Assembly (NCBI GenBank): GCA_051362555.1
Contig: CM120641.1
Span: 13,702,001 to 13,766,000 of the forward strand
Source: Lingula anatina
Lineage: Eukaryota > Animalia > Brachiopoda
Direction: 5' to 3'
DNA: 64,000 bases
The position numbers were made by a program, and so were the translations under genes. This document shows, piece after piece, positions 15,001 through 27,872 of the stretch (its first letter is position 1; each line of letters begins with the position of its first letter). The notes under the pieces are model-generated. The model searched no databases. It was not told the DNA's origin and saw only the letters and a program-made list of their open reading frames with translations.

Positions 15001-16940
15001 AGTAAATGAAATTGAGTAAAAGTTATTCATATTTTTTCTTAGAGCATCATCTGTGCCTAATTCACCAACCAATAGTGGTTTCAACAAAACCCCTGCCAGC
15101 AAGACATTATCAGGACCATTCCTAATTCCTCTTCGAGAGCCACCAAAATATGATGATGCTGTCAAAAACAGACAGGTAACATTCTTTACAGTCATTTTTG
15201 AAGGAGCCAACATGTTTTTCATTGTAAGATTATTCATAATTTCATTTTGTTTATCCCTTAAGCAGTTCTGGTATTTACCGAGGCCCATTTGTGCTGATAA
15301 TACCTAAGTGCAGTGATAATGGCTTGGTCTGATACCATGGCAACTACATTAGTTGTAAATGTCATGTCTCTCCATAAAAACGGAGACCTGCATCATTTGC
15401 CATTATTTTTGCTTTAACCAAGACCATGTGTACACTTGCACATGAAAATTCACCAATGGTAAAAGAAAAGTAATCAAAAAAATGTTAAACTTTTGCAAAT
15501 ATCTTGGTGATGCCAATTCAGAAATGTCTGTCTGAAAATTTTGCTGGAACAAAAGTTCATATGGCTTGAGCCAATCAAAAATCATTTGGTTTTTGGATCG
15601 AACTGAACAATTTTGTATATTCCAGGGATCACCTATTAATGTGGATGGTGGAAATAGCAACAGCACTGCAGCCAGTCCTGCCCCAACAGCTGTTGCTGCT
15701 ACCAAGACTCAGAGTCAACAGATGGATGATGTGCTAGAAATACTTATCAGATCTGGAGGTAAAAACAGCAAGTCTTATCTGATTCAGCTAGGATTGATCC
15801 ATGGATTAAGATTTTCCTTTTGAATACATAAGATAACTAAGGAAGACTTAAATACTTAGTTATTGGAATTATGTTTAAGATTGATGCAAAAGATATACAG
15901 CTGAAGCTAACGACAAACTTTAATACATCAATTTTTTAATCCAGTGTGTCCTATATATATTTTTTGCTAATGTTTTTGCAATTATTTCTACCATTGTTTT
16001 TTCTTCTCATTATTATTTTATTTTTTTTATTTTTCTGATAGAACTCCCCCCAGATGCTGCTCAAGAGCCTCCTCCAACCCCTAAAACTCAAGCCCTGGGT
16101 CACTCCATCAGCATGCCAGCAATCAGCTCTTTTGCTCAGACGGGAACCGTGGCAACTGCTGGTTCCACAGTAGCAACAACAGTACCCTCCAGTGCAATCG
16201 TAGTCACCGCACAGACTCCAGCCTTCATGGTGGCTATTCCCAGTACCAGCATTACCAATAATAACAACATCACAACTACAACGTCATCACCGGCAATAAC
16301 ATCTCCAACAACAGTGACAATTGGGGGGTCACCAGTCAAAATGGTGCATTCTCCTGGAGGCAATGGAAGTGGCAAGAAGGCCCCACCGCCATTGAATATC
16401 ACATCCATTTCTTCCTCACCAGGGCCTATACCTGATGCCATTAACACTGGGGACTTGGTCAGTGAATTTAGTGACCATTTTGACCTTCCATCAATGGACT
16501 GGGATGGTGCGGACACAGATTTAGTGTCTCTTGAGTTGCCAGATGGCTTTAGGAGCTTAGACCCTAAAACAGACCAGTGTGATCAGCATGGTTTGCTTAA
16601 TGTTCCATCCAGTGCAGAATGCGGCCAAGGATCAGGGTCAAGTTTTCATGGTTCAGAACCAAACTTGGCTGCATTGGGACTTAATGACAATGCAGAAGAG
16701 TCCATGAATATGGACGTGTCTGATTGGTTGGATGTGATAATGCCAAACACGGGACTGACACCACTCAGTGCCACTGCACCAGTGGCTTTCCCTTCTGACC
16801 CTATTCTTACACCAAAACCCCAAGATGTTATGGAATTGTTTAACTTAGATGAATCTGATTTCCAAACTCCCACAGGACTTGAGAGTGGCATGAATTGGGA
16901 TCGGTTGGTAGAAAGTGCCACCTCATCAGGCACACATTAA
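4650..16940 (+). CDS. MRTF: Myocardin-related transcription factor (MRTF/MKL), 5' end outside the window
   Basis: Phase-consistent AG/GT exons: 4650-4705 (LKTPPAFAHQQKQLERAR), 7829-7904 (RPEL2 RPDRQSLVDHHILE), 10591-10752 (RPEL3 RPGPLELVEDNILP), 11338-13585 (B1 basic KVIKFHEYKGPP, Q-box LQQQQLFLQWQL, poly-Q, SAP domain LEDLKVADLKAELKKRNLPVSGSKPHLIERL, leucine zipper), 15043-15175 (PPKYDDAVK), 15626-15758 (SQQMDDVLEILIRSG), 16042-16940 (activation domain MDVSDWLD, TAA). The start and RPEL1 exon were not found and are presumed upstream. Confidence 0.95.
12043..12340 (+). repeat. CAA/CAG poly-glutamine tracts in MRTF
   Basis: Several interrupted CAA/CAG runs in the large exon. Confidence 0.9.
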
Positions 16941-19900
16941 AATAGGGTGGAACAAACCCTTATATGTAGAAAGTCGATTTTCATTATTACTCTTACAGCT
17001 TGCAGTCCTAGTATTACAAATAGAAGGTGGACTGTTTAAGATGTTAATGTGTACATTATTATATGGTGCTGATAGAAGATATAGCCATTTTCTTTGTTAT
17101 GGATAAGACAGGTATGGACCAACTAGAAAAGATGAAACTAAATGATGTTAATATTATGACCTAATTGATAAAATACAGGATTTTGATGGACCCATTGCAA
17201 AGCTATGGTCAGAGTTATTAGCAGAATAAGCTATGTAAGAGTAAGACTTTTTTGTTTTCTGTTTCAAGTGTTAAATATAAATATATATATAGCATTTTTT
17301 CAAAAAAAGAAAAGTTGAAAGGTGTGAAAAGTTTATCAATTAAAATCTGACAAATTAAGTGTTAATGAATAATTTATATATAATATTGCTTGTTTATTAT
17401 TGTTGTTGCTGTGGCAACTGCAACTGTCTGTTCATTTTCTTTTTAATGACTGCCAATAACTTGGCAGATGTGTGGGCGTGTGCATTCCTTTCTTGCTGCA
17501 GACTTTCCAGGAGTTTCAGTTTTACAGCATGTGCCTTTCTTTGCAAAATAAAGAATGTCGATACCTCGTTCCAAATAGAAAAAAAATCAGTACTGTAAAA
17601 ACCTTTGTATTACTGAAACAAACTTATTTAATTTCTTAACCAGATACTGGTGGTTTAATTTAATTACTGATTTGAGTGTTTTAAAAAACCCTTAAGGGCA
17701 TATTTCTTGGAACTAAATAATATTCTCAGTAAATTTTTTGTATGTACTGAATTGTGGAACCCATAGCTCAGCAGCAAATTTGCATGCCACCACTGGTGCT
17801 AAGCCTCTGTTCCTGTTTTAATTGCTGTATAGTCACACTTAGCTTAATTATCAGAAATAGATTTTTTTTGTTTCAAAAATGATACCTGTAGTCCAAGTGT
17901 ACTTTCCTTTTTGCCATTTTTCATGGTCTTCCCACTCCCCTGCAGGTCAGACTCCTCACTTCAAGTCTGACCAACATTCCAAACTTATCTGCATCATCGT
18001 CATCCTTTCTTTTTTTCTTCTGTATATCATTTTTAAAAAATACTTGTATGAGAATATATATCTGCAGGAGGGGAAGAAAGATATAGATTACTATTAAAAA
18101 AAAACAAAAATACAGCTTTGAAAGCTTCTTGTCATTGTATATTTTCTCAATTATATCATCAAACTAAGATATTATTATATAGTTCATGTTTGTAACTTAT
18201 CCAGTGCATTTGGTATTTATTATTATTTGTATATGTTGTAGTTCATAGTTAGGAATAGGAGGTAATTTAAGTAAAGTGAAGTTCCAACCAGTGCATATGT
18301 TTTACTCAGTAAACTACTTGAACATACTGAGTAACAGTGATACATGTTTGCACTGCATGGAATATCACTTGACTGATAACTGCTTAACCATTTAATTACA
18401 AGTCATGCCATTGGACCATTGCAAATAATCTGGGTGGTTTGGGGTCCATATTTCAAGCCAACTTCTTTATCAAAGGCAAATGAAGTCTTTGACACCATTT
18501 CTTAAAATAACCTTCTCAACATGATTATCTGATCTTGCAATGCTCTCACTCAAATATGAACCACAAGTAACCTAGTGGAAATGATGCAATGCTAGTTAGA
18601 TCAATTTTATAAAGTGTGTAACACACCTTTTACGTCCATTATTTTTGTGGGGACCGAGTGATATTGCAATTGCTGGGAAGAGGGTACTATTTTGTACTTG
18701 TATATAAATGTACCTTAAGATATGGTGCCACGACTCTGCCTGCTTACATATTCCAGTGTTCATTCCAAAAATGTTTTGTAGATCAGATCTTAGTAGAGAA
18801 ACCATCTGTAGAGTGTATTGCATAGTGATGGTGGTGCAGACCAGTCTTCCAAATTGGAGTGGGACAATTACAAGGGTGTGGTTTCTTGTTGGTAGACTAA
18901 CACATTGACCAACAAACAAGGGATCAAATAATAAAAAACGTATTAGATTTTGGTTGTCAGACAAAAGTGATGCCGCCCTTGTAAGCACATTTATAAATGA
19001 GATTATCATAACATGCAGCATATTGCATGTAGGTAGTACACTGTGCCTCCACTAGGTGGCCTTGTCCCAAAGATAAACCTCTGATCATACAAAGTATGTT
19101 GCAGACCTGTAGATGATTAAGACTAACTATGAATTATGACATGACATTTTTCTGTTATGTGTGTATTTTGTATAAGTTTAATGTTGAGGGTACGCTAAAT
19201 AGAATGGGCTGGGCCATGCACAGTAAGAACAACGTTTTTGACTGGGCAAGTCCCATCAGAATTGTAACTCATTTTCTATTTTATTACTTTTTTTTCCTTA
19301 CCATTACAATAAGTGTCCTTGTATGTGAACATTGTTGAAGAGTACTTAATACTAAGTCTGTATGTATTATTGCCACTGTACTGCATTGGTTGATTATGTG
19401 CAATAGTCTTAGCTGTCACCGAAAATAAACCAGAATTGGCTCAGAATTATCCAGTTGACCAGAGTTTCATATAGTTTATACACCATCTAATTATTTTACC
19501 AAAAGCAAGTTTCATGCAAGTGGAACCAATGCTTACCAGGTTGACTCTAACTACTTCAAAAGATGACTTTAGACTTTTTTTTTTTTTTTTTTTGTGTTGT
19601 GTTGTGAAGCCCTGGACAAACTGGACCAAAGCTACACTGGGTTTATTTACAGCAGTGGCAGCCAAGTCCCTGGAAGATTTCCGTGGTATGATGCTCACAT
19701 TATGGCTTTGAATGCAGCCAAGTTTCTACTAGCTTTTTATGATTCAACAAAAAAAAAATTCTACTTAAAAAACTTCAATAAAGTTTTAATGCTTGTTTTA
19801 GTGAAATACCAGTCTTGGTAATGTTAAATAAGTTCTGTATTATTTTGTACATTTAAAAATGTAGGTTTTCATCTATATTTGGTTTTGTTCATTCTTCTTT

Positions 19901-20305
19901 TTCAGCTTGACTTATATTTATGCATTATAGAAGGAAATATATTGCTATAGTATGAATACAGACAGATTACAAGTGTGAACAATAAGCATAGATTTCTTTG
20001 GGGAGCCACACTGTTGATAATTTAGTTCAAATCTATATAGGCATAGTTTACAGTTATGTAGTTTTGCTTGGTATTTTGTACATACACTTCAATTGTTGCC
20101 AACTTTGTAACTTCCCCAGCAAGCACCTGAGAAAAGAAATAAAGGATGCTTACAACTTTCTAATGCTGTTATTGTGTTTTATTTAATACTATGTACTAAC
20201 ACTATGTACATGTCATTTATCAGACATGAGCTTTTTCTGTGGAAACTCGGAATTCCGCATATTTTAATTCAATTCTGATGGTTCCTGAGATTCATCAAGA
20301 TCTGC

Positions 20306-20311
20306 AATAAA
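20306..20311 (+). terminator. Candidate distal polyadenylation signal of MRTF
   Basis: AATAAA followed by G/T-rich sequence, between the convergent MRTF and LYRM1 genes; other AATAAA sites exist upstream. Confidence 0.35.
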
Positions 20312-21218
20312 ATCTGGGGGGTGGGTACCATGATAAATGTTCAGAGGTTTTTTATTTGTTTATTTATTTATTTATTTATTATTTTATTTTTTTTGGAAAC
20401 CTAGGCTCATGTCTGATTTATAATTCAGTGAGTTTTAACATTTCATTACGATACAGAACACCTGGTGACTCATCTACAAAAATCCAGGCTAATTGTTATG
20501 ATTGAGAAACAGAATCAAAATAACAGTTGCAATGCTCCTCATTCAATTCAAAAAATGATCAAAGAATATCAGTACATGTGGGTCATATTGCCACCAGATG
20601 GTGCTCCCGGTGTTCAGATGCCATAAAAGCAACATTACTTTATCCTGCATCCATATGCATGGAGTACATCAAAACTTCATGAGAATGCAAATGTAATATC
20701 TTTTTAGATACAAATGAGGATTTAAGTTCTGCAAATAAAATACTGGATTACTTAAGTTACATCTTTTCATGTTCTTCGCACAGAATACGGTACATACAGT
20801 AAATATTTAATTGCACCCCCCCCCCCCACACACACACACACACAAAAAAAGGTCCTTAGATGAAAAAAATTCATAAGCACTTTTTTGCATTTCGTAACAG
20901 AGATCCTGCCAGATGTGATGCAAACTGGCATATTACTTAGTACAACAAAACTGTTACATTGACTTATATAATACCTAGCTTATGGCATGCTGGTTTCAGA
21001 ACTCAAACATGAAAACATTTTCCAATTTTTCTTGTCACAAGTTTCTCATATATCACCTCCTTGGGCAAAATAATGAAAGTACACACATCACACTGTAGGC
21101 TCATTCTTCATTCTTTAAGAGTCTTTATCAATGCCTCGTATAATAAATACAATATAAATATGGAAGCACTCTTACTCAAGGCTTTCCACGTTGAAAAGAA
21201 AACCCTTATTAAACACTG

Positions 21219-23116
21219 CTAGCTTTCATCTGGATCTAAGGATTTAACATAAATTGGTTTAGACTGCTGAATAAGTTTTTTATCCAATTTCCCTTTCTTT
21301 CTTCCAGGACCAGGAGGCAATACAGAATGCTGGGGAAAATTCACCTAAAAAACAGGATTTCTACTTTAATTTGGGAAATGAAAAATCAAAAATTTTCAAA
21401 TTATGAGCAAAATACAAAACGACCCATAGATGATAATCTTAATGACATTACCTACTGATTAAATCTGTTCTTGGTTTCTTCAATATTCGTTTTTAAATTT
21501 AATGTGCAAATAATGAAACAGATACTGACACAAGAGAAATATCTGCAGACTATGAAATTATATTGTTTTTGATGAGGATGCATAATTTGCCTGACAAGCA
21601 TTGTGTTCTTACATGTACATACCATTCTTGCATAAGGGATTTTATAATGCAATGCTGAAAGAAAAAAGAAGCTAATCAATTACTAATGATAAAGTAATTT
21701 GTACAGCACAACATATAGTATCTTTATCACTGACTGCAAACATGCTTTTTATAACAGATCTGAAGCTTACTAAGGCTTTACAGTCATCTCACAGAGTTGG
21801 GGAAAGCAAAATATATTGAAAAAAGTACATATATCAGGGAAATGAAAGGAATTTTTTCTTTAAGTTAGGTGGTCTTATCACTGGGCTGAAATTTTTTTCT
21901 CTTGATTCAGAAACATGTTTCATATCTTTAGCATATCAAATAATAGGAAATCTGGCTTCATAAGTTTTGGTTGACAGAAAAAAGTAAGAAGAAATGGCTT
22001 GGTGGCCTAATGACTGGGTCTTTTCAGCCAAAAAACTGCCAAGAAAAAAATCAGATCTCCAATTTAAGTTAGAAAATCTGACAGTGGAAAGCTCCACTTT
22101 TTCTATTGATCTGCTGTAGAAGCCATTTGCGACTAGTGCTATATTTAATAAAAGATTTGTGGAATTGTATTAGCATAACATTTTTTATAATCAAGTGTGC
22201 CTGAATGTAATTAAATGTCAAAACTCATGTAAGTGATAAAAAGACTAAAAGTACTGCTAAATGCATGAACATGTCCTGTTAAATGTATGAACCAAACATA
22301 TTACACATATAATCAACAGTAATTATTATAAATGATATTTTGACAAACCCATTTCTATTCTTGTCTCTGCTTCCTTCATGCAGTCTTTAATTTCTTTTTC
22401 ATCTGATATCTGTAAAGAAATTCAAGTTCCATGAAACTGACTAATATAGTTGTTACATAAAGAAAAGCACCTCACAAAAGGATAATTTCCCTGTATATTC
22501 TCATATTAATTTAACTTTTGGAAACTATTGGCGTGACAAAAAAAAAAGGCATTGATTATCATATTTATTTTGATAAATATGATAATCAATGCCTTTTTTC
22601 ATATTTATTTTGATAAATGCCACTGACAAGTATGTTCAATGCTATGCCCCATAATTTCTTCTGCCAATACAATTTACTTTCTGATGGTAACTATTTTACT
22701 ATAGTCTGACATATAGCAGGTATGAGCTAAATTTGGCAGAAAAGATCTTTAATTTCAAGTATGTGCAATTTACATATCATGCATGCACTATGAAGGCATC
22801 CTCTCCAACATTGCACTGCTCAGTAAAATAAAATGTAAATTGAAATGCTAAATACAGAAAATTGGAATTAATCCAGTGCTGTCAGGATTATATAACTCAG
22901 TCCAAACCTTTTACATTATCGTAGTTTTTATCTATAAGATACAAAGGCTGATGTATAACATACAAATTTGTTTTTGCGAAATAATTGTTTTGCCTCATCT
23001 TTGATAAATTGTTTCTCATCTGCTGTTGTCTTTGGATCAGCTGTCACAGATTCCCAAGTTCTTGCTAGTTGTAGGATTCTTCTATACAAAGACAGCACTT
23101 CCTTTCGATGAGCCAT
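21219..23116 (-). CDS. LYRM1: LYR motif-containing protein 1 (123 aa)
   Basis: Exons 23116-22964 (MAHRKEVLSLYRRILQLARTW...FRKNKF), 22409-22349 (ISDEKEIKDCMKEAETRIEM), 21654-21623 (ALHYKIPYARM), 21344-21219 (...QSKPIYVKS...TAG); 372 nt total. LYR motif, ALHYxIPY and SKPxYxKS signatures match LYRM1. Confidence 0.93.
22542..22599. repeat. Perfect inverted repeat, 27-bp stem with 4-nt loop
   Basis: AAAAAAGGCATTGATTATCATATTTAT-tttg-ATAAATATGATAATCAATGCCTTTTTT. Confidence 0.9.
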
Positions 23117-23364
23117 TAAAGCTATCGTCTCTGGAATGATATTATTATGAATTTGTATTGTTATGAATTTTATAATTGTAAACGCGCGGGGAAAACAATT
23201 GACGTACAGGTGTACCCCCCCCCCCCCCCAAAAAAAAAGGGGGGGGGGTGAAAATTAACTTTTGTAAAAATGACAAGAAGAGATGTGCATTTAGACATGC
23301 ACTGCTTGCCTGGGTCGCAGCTCAAGCAGCTCATCCATTCTTCATGTTCAGTTCATATACTTAC

Positions 23365-23558
23365 AGCTATCACTACTGTTTTTTCCAGGGTGAGAACGTT
23401 TTCACGTGCATCACCTTCATGCCGGAAGTTTACAGCTGGAACTTTGGAGTTTGCGCAATAGGTAGTTTCCGGAAATGTCGCTTTAATGAAAACAAAAATA
23501 CTTCTCAAAACAATGTGAATTTCTAGCTATTTACGAGCAAGTCTGTGTACCATTTGAC
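23365..23558. promoter_or_regulatory. Bidirectional promoter LYRM1/TAB1
   Basis: Start codons are about 440 bp apart; ETS motifs CCGGAAGT (23422-23429) and TTCCGGAAAT (23467-23476); local CpG enrichment; minus-strand donor near 23364 implies a non-coding LYRM1 first exon. Confidence 0.7.
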
Positions 23559-26500
23559 ATGCCATCTCACGAGAGGACAACACCGCCTAGAGTTGGGCTG
23601 CAGGTTTGTACATACCCAACTGCTTAATGTCGAATTATTTTGTTGTCTGTGCTCTAACTAAAATGGGTCCCGCGACGTGAATATTCTCGTCACGAGTGCT
23701 ATAGAACCGAAACTAAAGTAGACAGTGCACTTCGCTGTTACTTTCTTTAACAACCATTTATTTTTATGTGCACTATTATATAAATCACTCCATTGTACAC
23801 TATCATTCTGCGTCTCATAGCATTTAGTTTATTTTCCTACAGGACCAGCCTACAAGTTGGACAGATGACCTCCCAGTATGTTACTTGTCAGGAGTTGGTT
23901 TTTCCACCAACCAGATCTACAGGGAAGACGGCTTCCGAAGAGAGGAGCATGAGTTTGAGGATAGAAGTTTCCATTTCAGGTGGCCATTGATTACAATTCA
24001 TTCAACAAGGAAATTGTTTTGGGATCCTTTAGTTAGCACTCTCTGGCTCCCAATAATGAATTTATTGTTCTCATTTTTTAGAGATAATTATTGTTCTAGT
24101 AGCCAGATCTGACCAAATTTTGGTGATGATCAGGATCTTATTTTGAATAAGAAATCCTGAAATTATAAAAAAAACACATAGGATAACAATGTGCGAAATT
24201 TCAAAAATCATATCTCCAACATTTGTTCATTGATTGTTTTGTAATTCAACACCCATACTGTATATAGGGTGGGGGCCTGTACTCACAAAAATGTATTTCA
24301 TCTGGATTGGATCCAGAATGATGTCACAAGAATTTTTTTTATTTAACATTGGAAAGTTCCTTGTGACTTTTAAAATAATGTATTAAATCTCAATATCATT
24401 TTATTGGCTTCTAGCCTTAGATATGTATGGTTTATTTGATAAAACAAGGTACTGCAGTACTGATATTTTTTTGCTCTCAAGTTAGACTTGACAATATAGT
24501 GAAATGTATTTAGTATATACTTGACAGGCATCATGATCTATTAATGTTTTGTCAGATCAAAATAGATACTCAGTGTACTATATTCCACAGGGTTGATGAT
24601 GTATACCTGTATGGATTGTTTGATGGCCATGATGGCGCCAGGGCCTCCAATTTTGCTGCACAGAGAATGCCAGCAGAGCTGCTACTGGGACAGCTTAACG
24701 GGAAATCAACTGATGAAGGGATTAAAGAAGTTTTGCAGCAGGTTTGTTGAAGTCTCATTGTGTTCCCCACACTGGCGTTTGGCAAATGATGTTGTAGTTA
24801 TCAAACCTTGTCATCAGACAACAGTGGATTCATATGTTGAAAATAATCAATATAGATCAACTTCACTATTTTATAATAACAGTTTGTTGATGAAGGGCTG
24901 TTAAGCTAGTTGGTCATTGTTGAGCAGTCACATTAAGTTTTATTAATTGTTTTCAATTAGCAAATACAAGTTCATTTGCCAGTCAATATTTGCTTAATTT
25001 TAAATTTCAGTTCATTTTTTTCCATAGCTGTTGACAAATGAAACTCTAATTGGATATAGTAAGCATTTTGAACTTGGTCAGCATTTTGAACTTGATGGAT
25101 CAGACGCAGTGGCAGATTTAGGGGGGTTGGGGGAGGGGTTGTAGTCAATAAAAACAAACCCCACTCTAGGAAACCCTGTTGGTCAAGCTTGGTCCATTAC
25201 TAATAACATTGATTCAGGACAACCAAATTTGGCAATTTTAGGTAATTTAGGTATTTGTTGTCTAGTAAGATCTATGGCCTGTAGCCAAAGTACAATGTAT
25301 GTTTTGATGCATTCCCTTGCCACATACTGTACTACACTTTGTGTGTACATAGATACAAATTGTTCTGAAAGAAAAGGTTTTTATTTTTTGTTTTTAGGCT
25401 TTCAATGCAGTGGAAAAAGGTTTTTTTGAGTCTATAGAAGATTTTCTTGTTCAAAGGATTCATGTCCACCAGCAGCTACCTGAGGTAGGCTATAATCACC
25501 CAGAGATTAAATTAAAGAATACCTTTGAAAAGAATATTCTGTCTATGGTTTTTGATTTCGGTCTATTTCTCATCACATTTGTATCTGTTGGTAGATGGTG
25601 CCTTTAAGTTAAATAGTAGCGGAAACAAAACAAAACCATTCCAAGAATTTAAAACCAGCTGTGGTTTATATTGATTTTTAAAAAGTTGGTGCATAGTTTT
25701 ATTAGTACTACACTATATTACAGGGTATTAGTGGATATGATGCAGCTAGGCAGTTTCCCGACTTGGTAGACCAGCTACAGAGACTTGATATGGAGATAGC
25801 AGGAGGAACCACAGCAACTATTGCATTGATTAGAGATAGTAAACTCTCTGTGGCCAATGTAGGTAAGTATTATATAATATGGAAGTATAACCTTGGGAGT
25901 GGGATTGTTTAAGGGTAACATCAATGATAGATATTTCATGATGAAAGCTGGGTACTTTTTAGGTATTTTACTCTGCATTTATTCTACAAAATGTGAGCAT
26001 ATAACATTTTATCTATGACTTACAATCAATGTTATTTTTTCTGAAAAACAGTTCATTGTAAGACAGGAATTGGACTGCATTCTTCAACAATAAAGCATTT
26101 TCTTTTATTTGCAATCTTGATTAATTGAATATGAAGCCCAAGAAATATCAGATGAAAATGAGGACTCGGATCACAACAGGAAAATTATTTGTAGTTTTCA
26201 ATAACTGTTACAGGAAACTCCAGAGCACTAGTTTGTAAAAGGAGCCCAGAAGGAATGTTGAGGGTCACCCAGCTGACCAATGACCACACTCTAGCTAACG
26301 AAGATGAGATCCAGAGGCTGACCCAGCTAGGACTTGACCCTGAGAAGCTTTGTCACAGTAGAAAACTTGGCAATCATGAAGTGTACACCAGGTGTATTGG
26401 TGATTACAGTGTAAAGGGTGGTTACAAAGATATTGAAATCTTAAGGTACTTAGTTATCAATTATTATTTTTATAAATATTTTTTCAGATGAATTTGCACT

Positions 26501-27872
26501 TTATTACCCCCCCCCCCCCCCCCCCCCCCCCAATTGAGCAGCTGGAAGTGCATGAATGGCAAGAAACAAATTGTTTGAGATCAAGCAAAATTAATGCAAT
26601 GCCAGATAAATTTGTTTCTTGTTTTATATAGATGCATTGCTGTTATTATTTGCTTTATCTGTCAGTCAAGCACAAAATGAAAATTTTATAATGTATATTT
26701 CATGGTAGAGGAGACTATATCATAAAACACTTGTATATCCTGCTTATTGTGAAAAATTATTTATTTCCTCCCCCAAATATGTTTTTTTTTTCATGTTGAT
26801 CCTTCTTCTGAACTAAGAGAAAAAATTTAAATACAATTGAAACATTAAAAAATTATAATAAGTATTGGCATCAGCATTCATGACACTCAGATGATGAAAT
26901 AAATATACTGTACATACTGATAGATATTAAGTGCTAAGTTGCTAACCATTTTAATTATGTTTTAGCCCTGCAGTGTCAGAGCCAGTGATAACAGAACCGG
27001 AGGTATGTTCTATCCAGTTAGATGAATCCTGCAGTTTCCTCATACTTATGACAGATGGAGTGTACAATACGCTGGTCGATGCAACAGGCACACAGCATGT
27101 TAATGCAGATATTGCATCAATGGTGGCTTCAGAGTTTTCAGTCCAGTCGACTCTGAATGGAGTTGCTCAGGCTGTTATCGATCGTATTGTTCGTATCCAT
27201 CATGACTCTTTCATGACAGCATCAAATGATGTCAAACAGTTGTGTCAAAAGAGAGATGACATGACATTGCTGGTGAGGAATTTCAACCACCCGTTGCCCA
27301 ATGCTCTGAGCAGTCCTACATCAGGGGGATTGCATCTTCCACTTTCAGGCCCATACAATCAGGCACGTAGTAATGAGTCCCCATCAGTATTCCCTAGTAA
27401 TAATAACAATATTGAGGCCACCCCTGGAGGATTACAGACAAAACCCATATTTGTTGCCAAGGCACTTTTCCAGGTTGGAGCCCCCTTGGGTGCTTTGAAT
27501 AAGACATTATCTGGTACAAATACTAACACTGTGATGTCTGGGACCTTTCAGAGCACTCGCTCTAGTGCATATACCAGTACATATACCAGCAGCAATGATT
27601 CCACTCAAAGTGGAGATCAGGGACTGTTCAATTCTTATCGAAACAGGAGCATCCACCACACTATTGAGTTAGATGAAGATGGGAGAATCGAACCCTATGT
27701 GGACTTCTCAGATTTTTATGCAGCTATGGCTAAGTTGACAGACTCTCAGCGTGAGACTTTAGATGCAGATGTCAAACCTCAACCTACTTATGAAACAATT
27801 AATGAAGAAGCAGAGGCAGAGAAAGTTGCTGAGAAGGATGACAGTAAAGATGATGGAAATGTTTCACAATAG
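23559..27872 (+). CDS. TAB1: TAK1-binding protein 1 (PP2C fold)
   Basis: Exons 23559-23603, 23843-23979 (SWTDDLPVCYLSGVG), 24591-24741 (LYGLFDGHDG...AQRMPAELLLGQL), 25398-25484, 25724-25862 (VANVG), 26214-26445 (TRCIGDYSVKGGY), 26966-27872 (DDMTLLVRNF; TAK1-binding DGRIEPYVDFSDFY). Splice phases are consistent; the first exon is the least certain. Confidence 0.95.

Noticed and set aside
26966-26973. Alternative TAB1 acceptor (ctgcag) 8 nt downstream
   Set aside because: It would shift the frame; no evidence of use.
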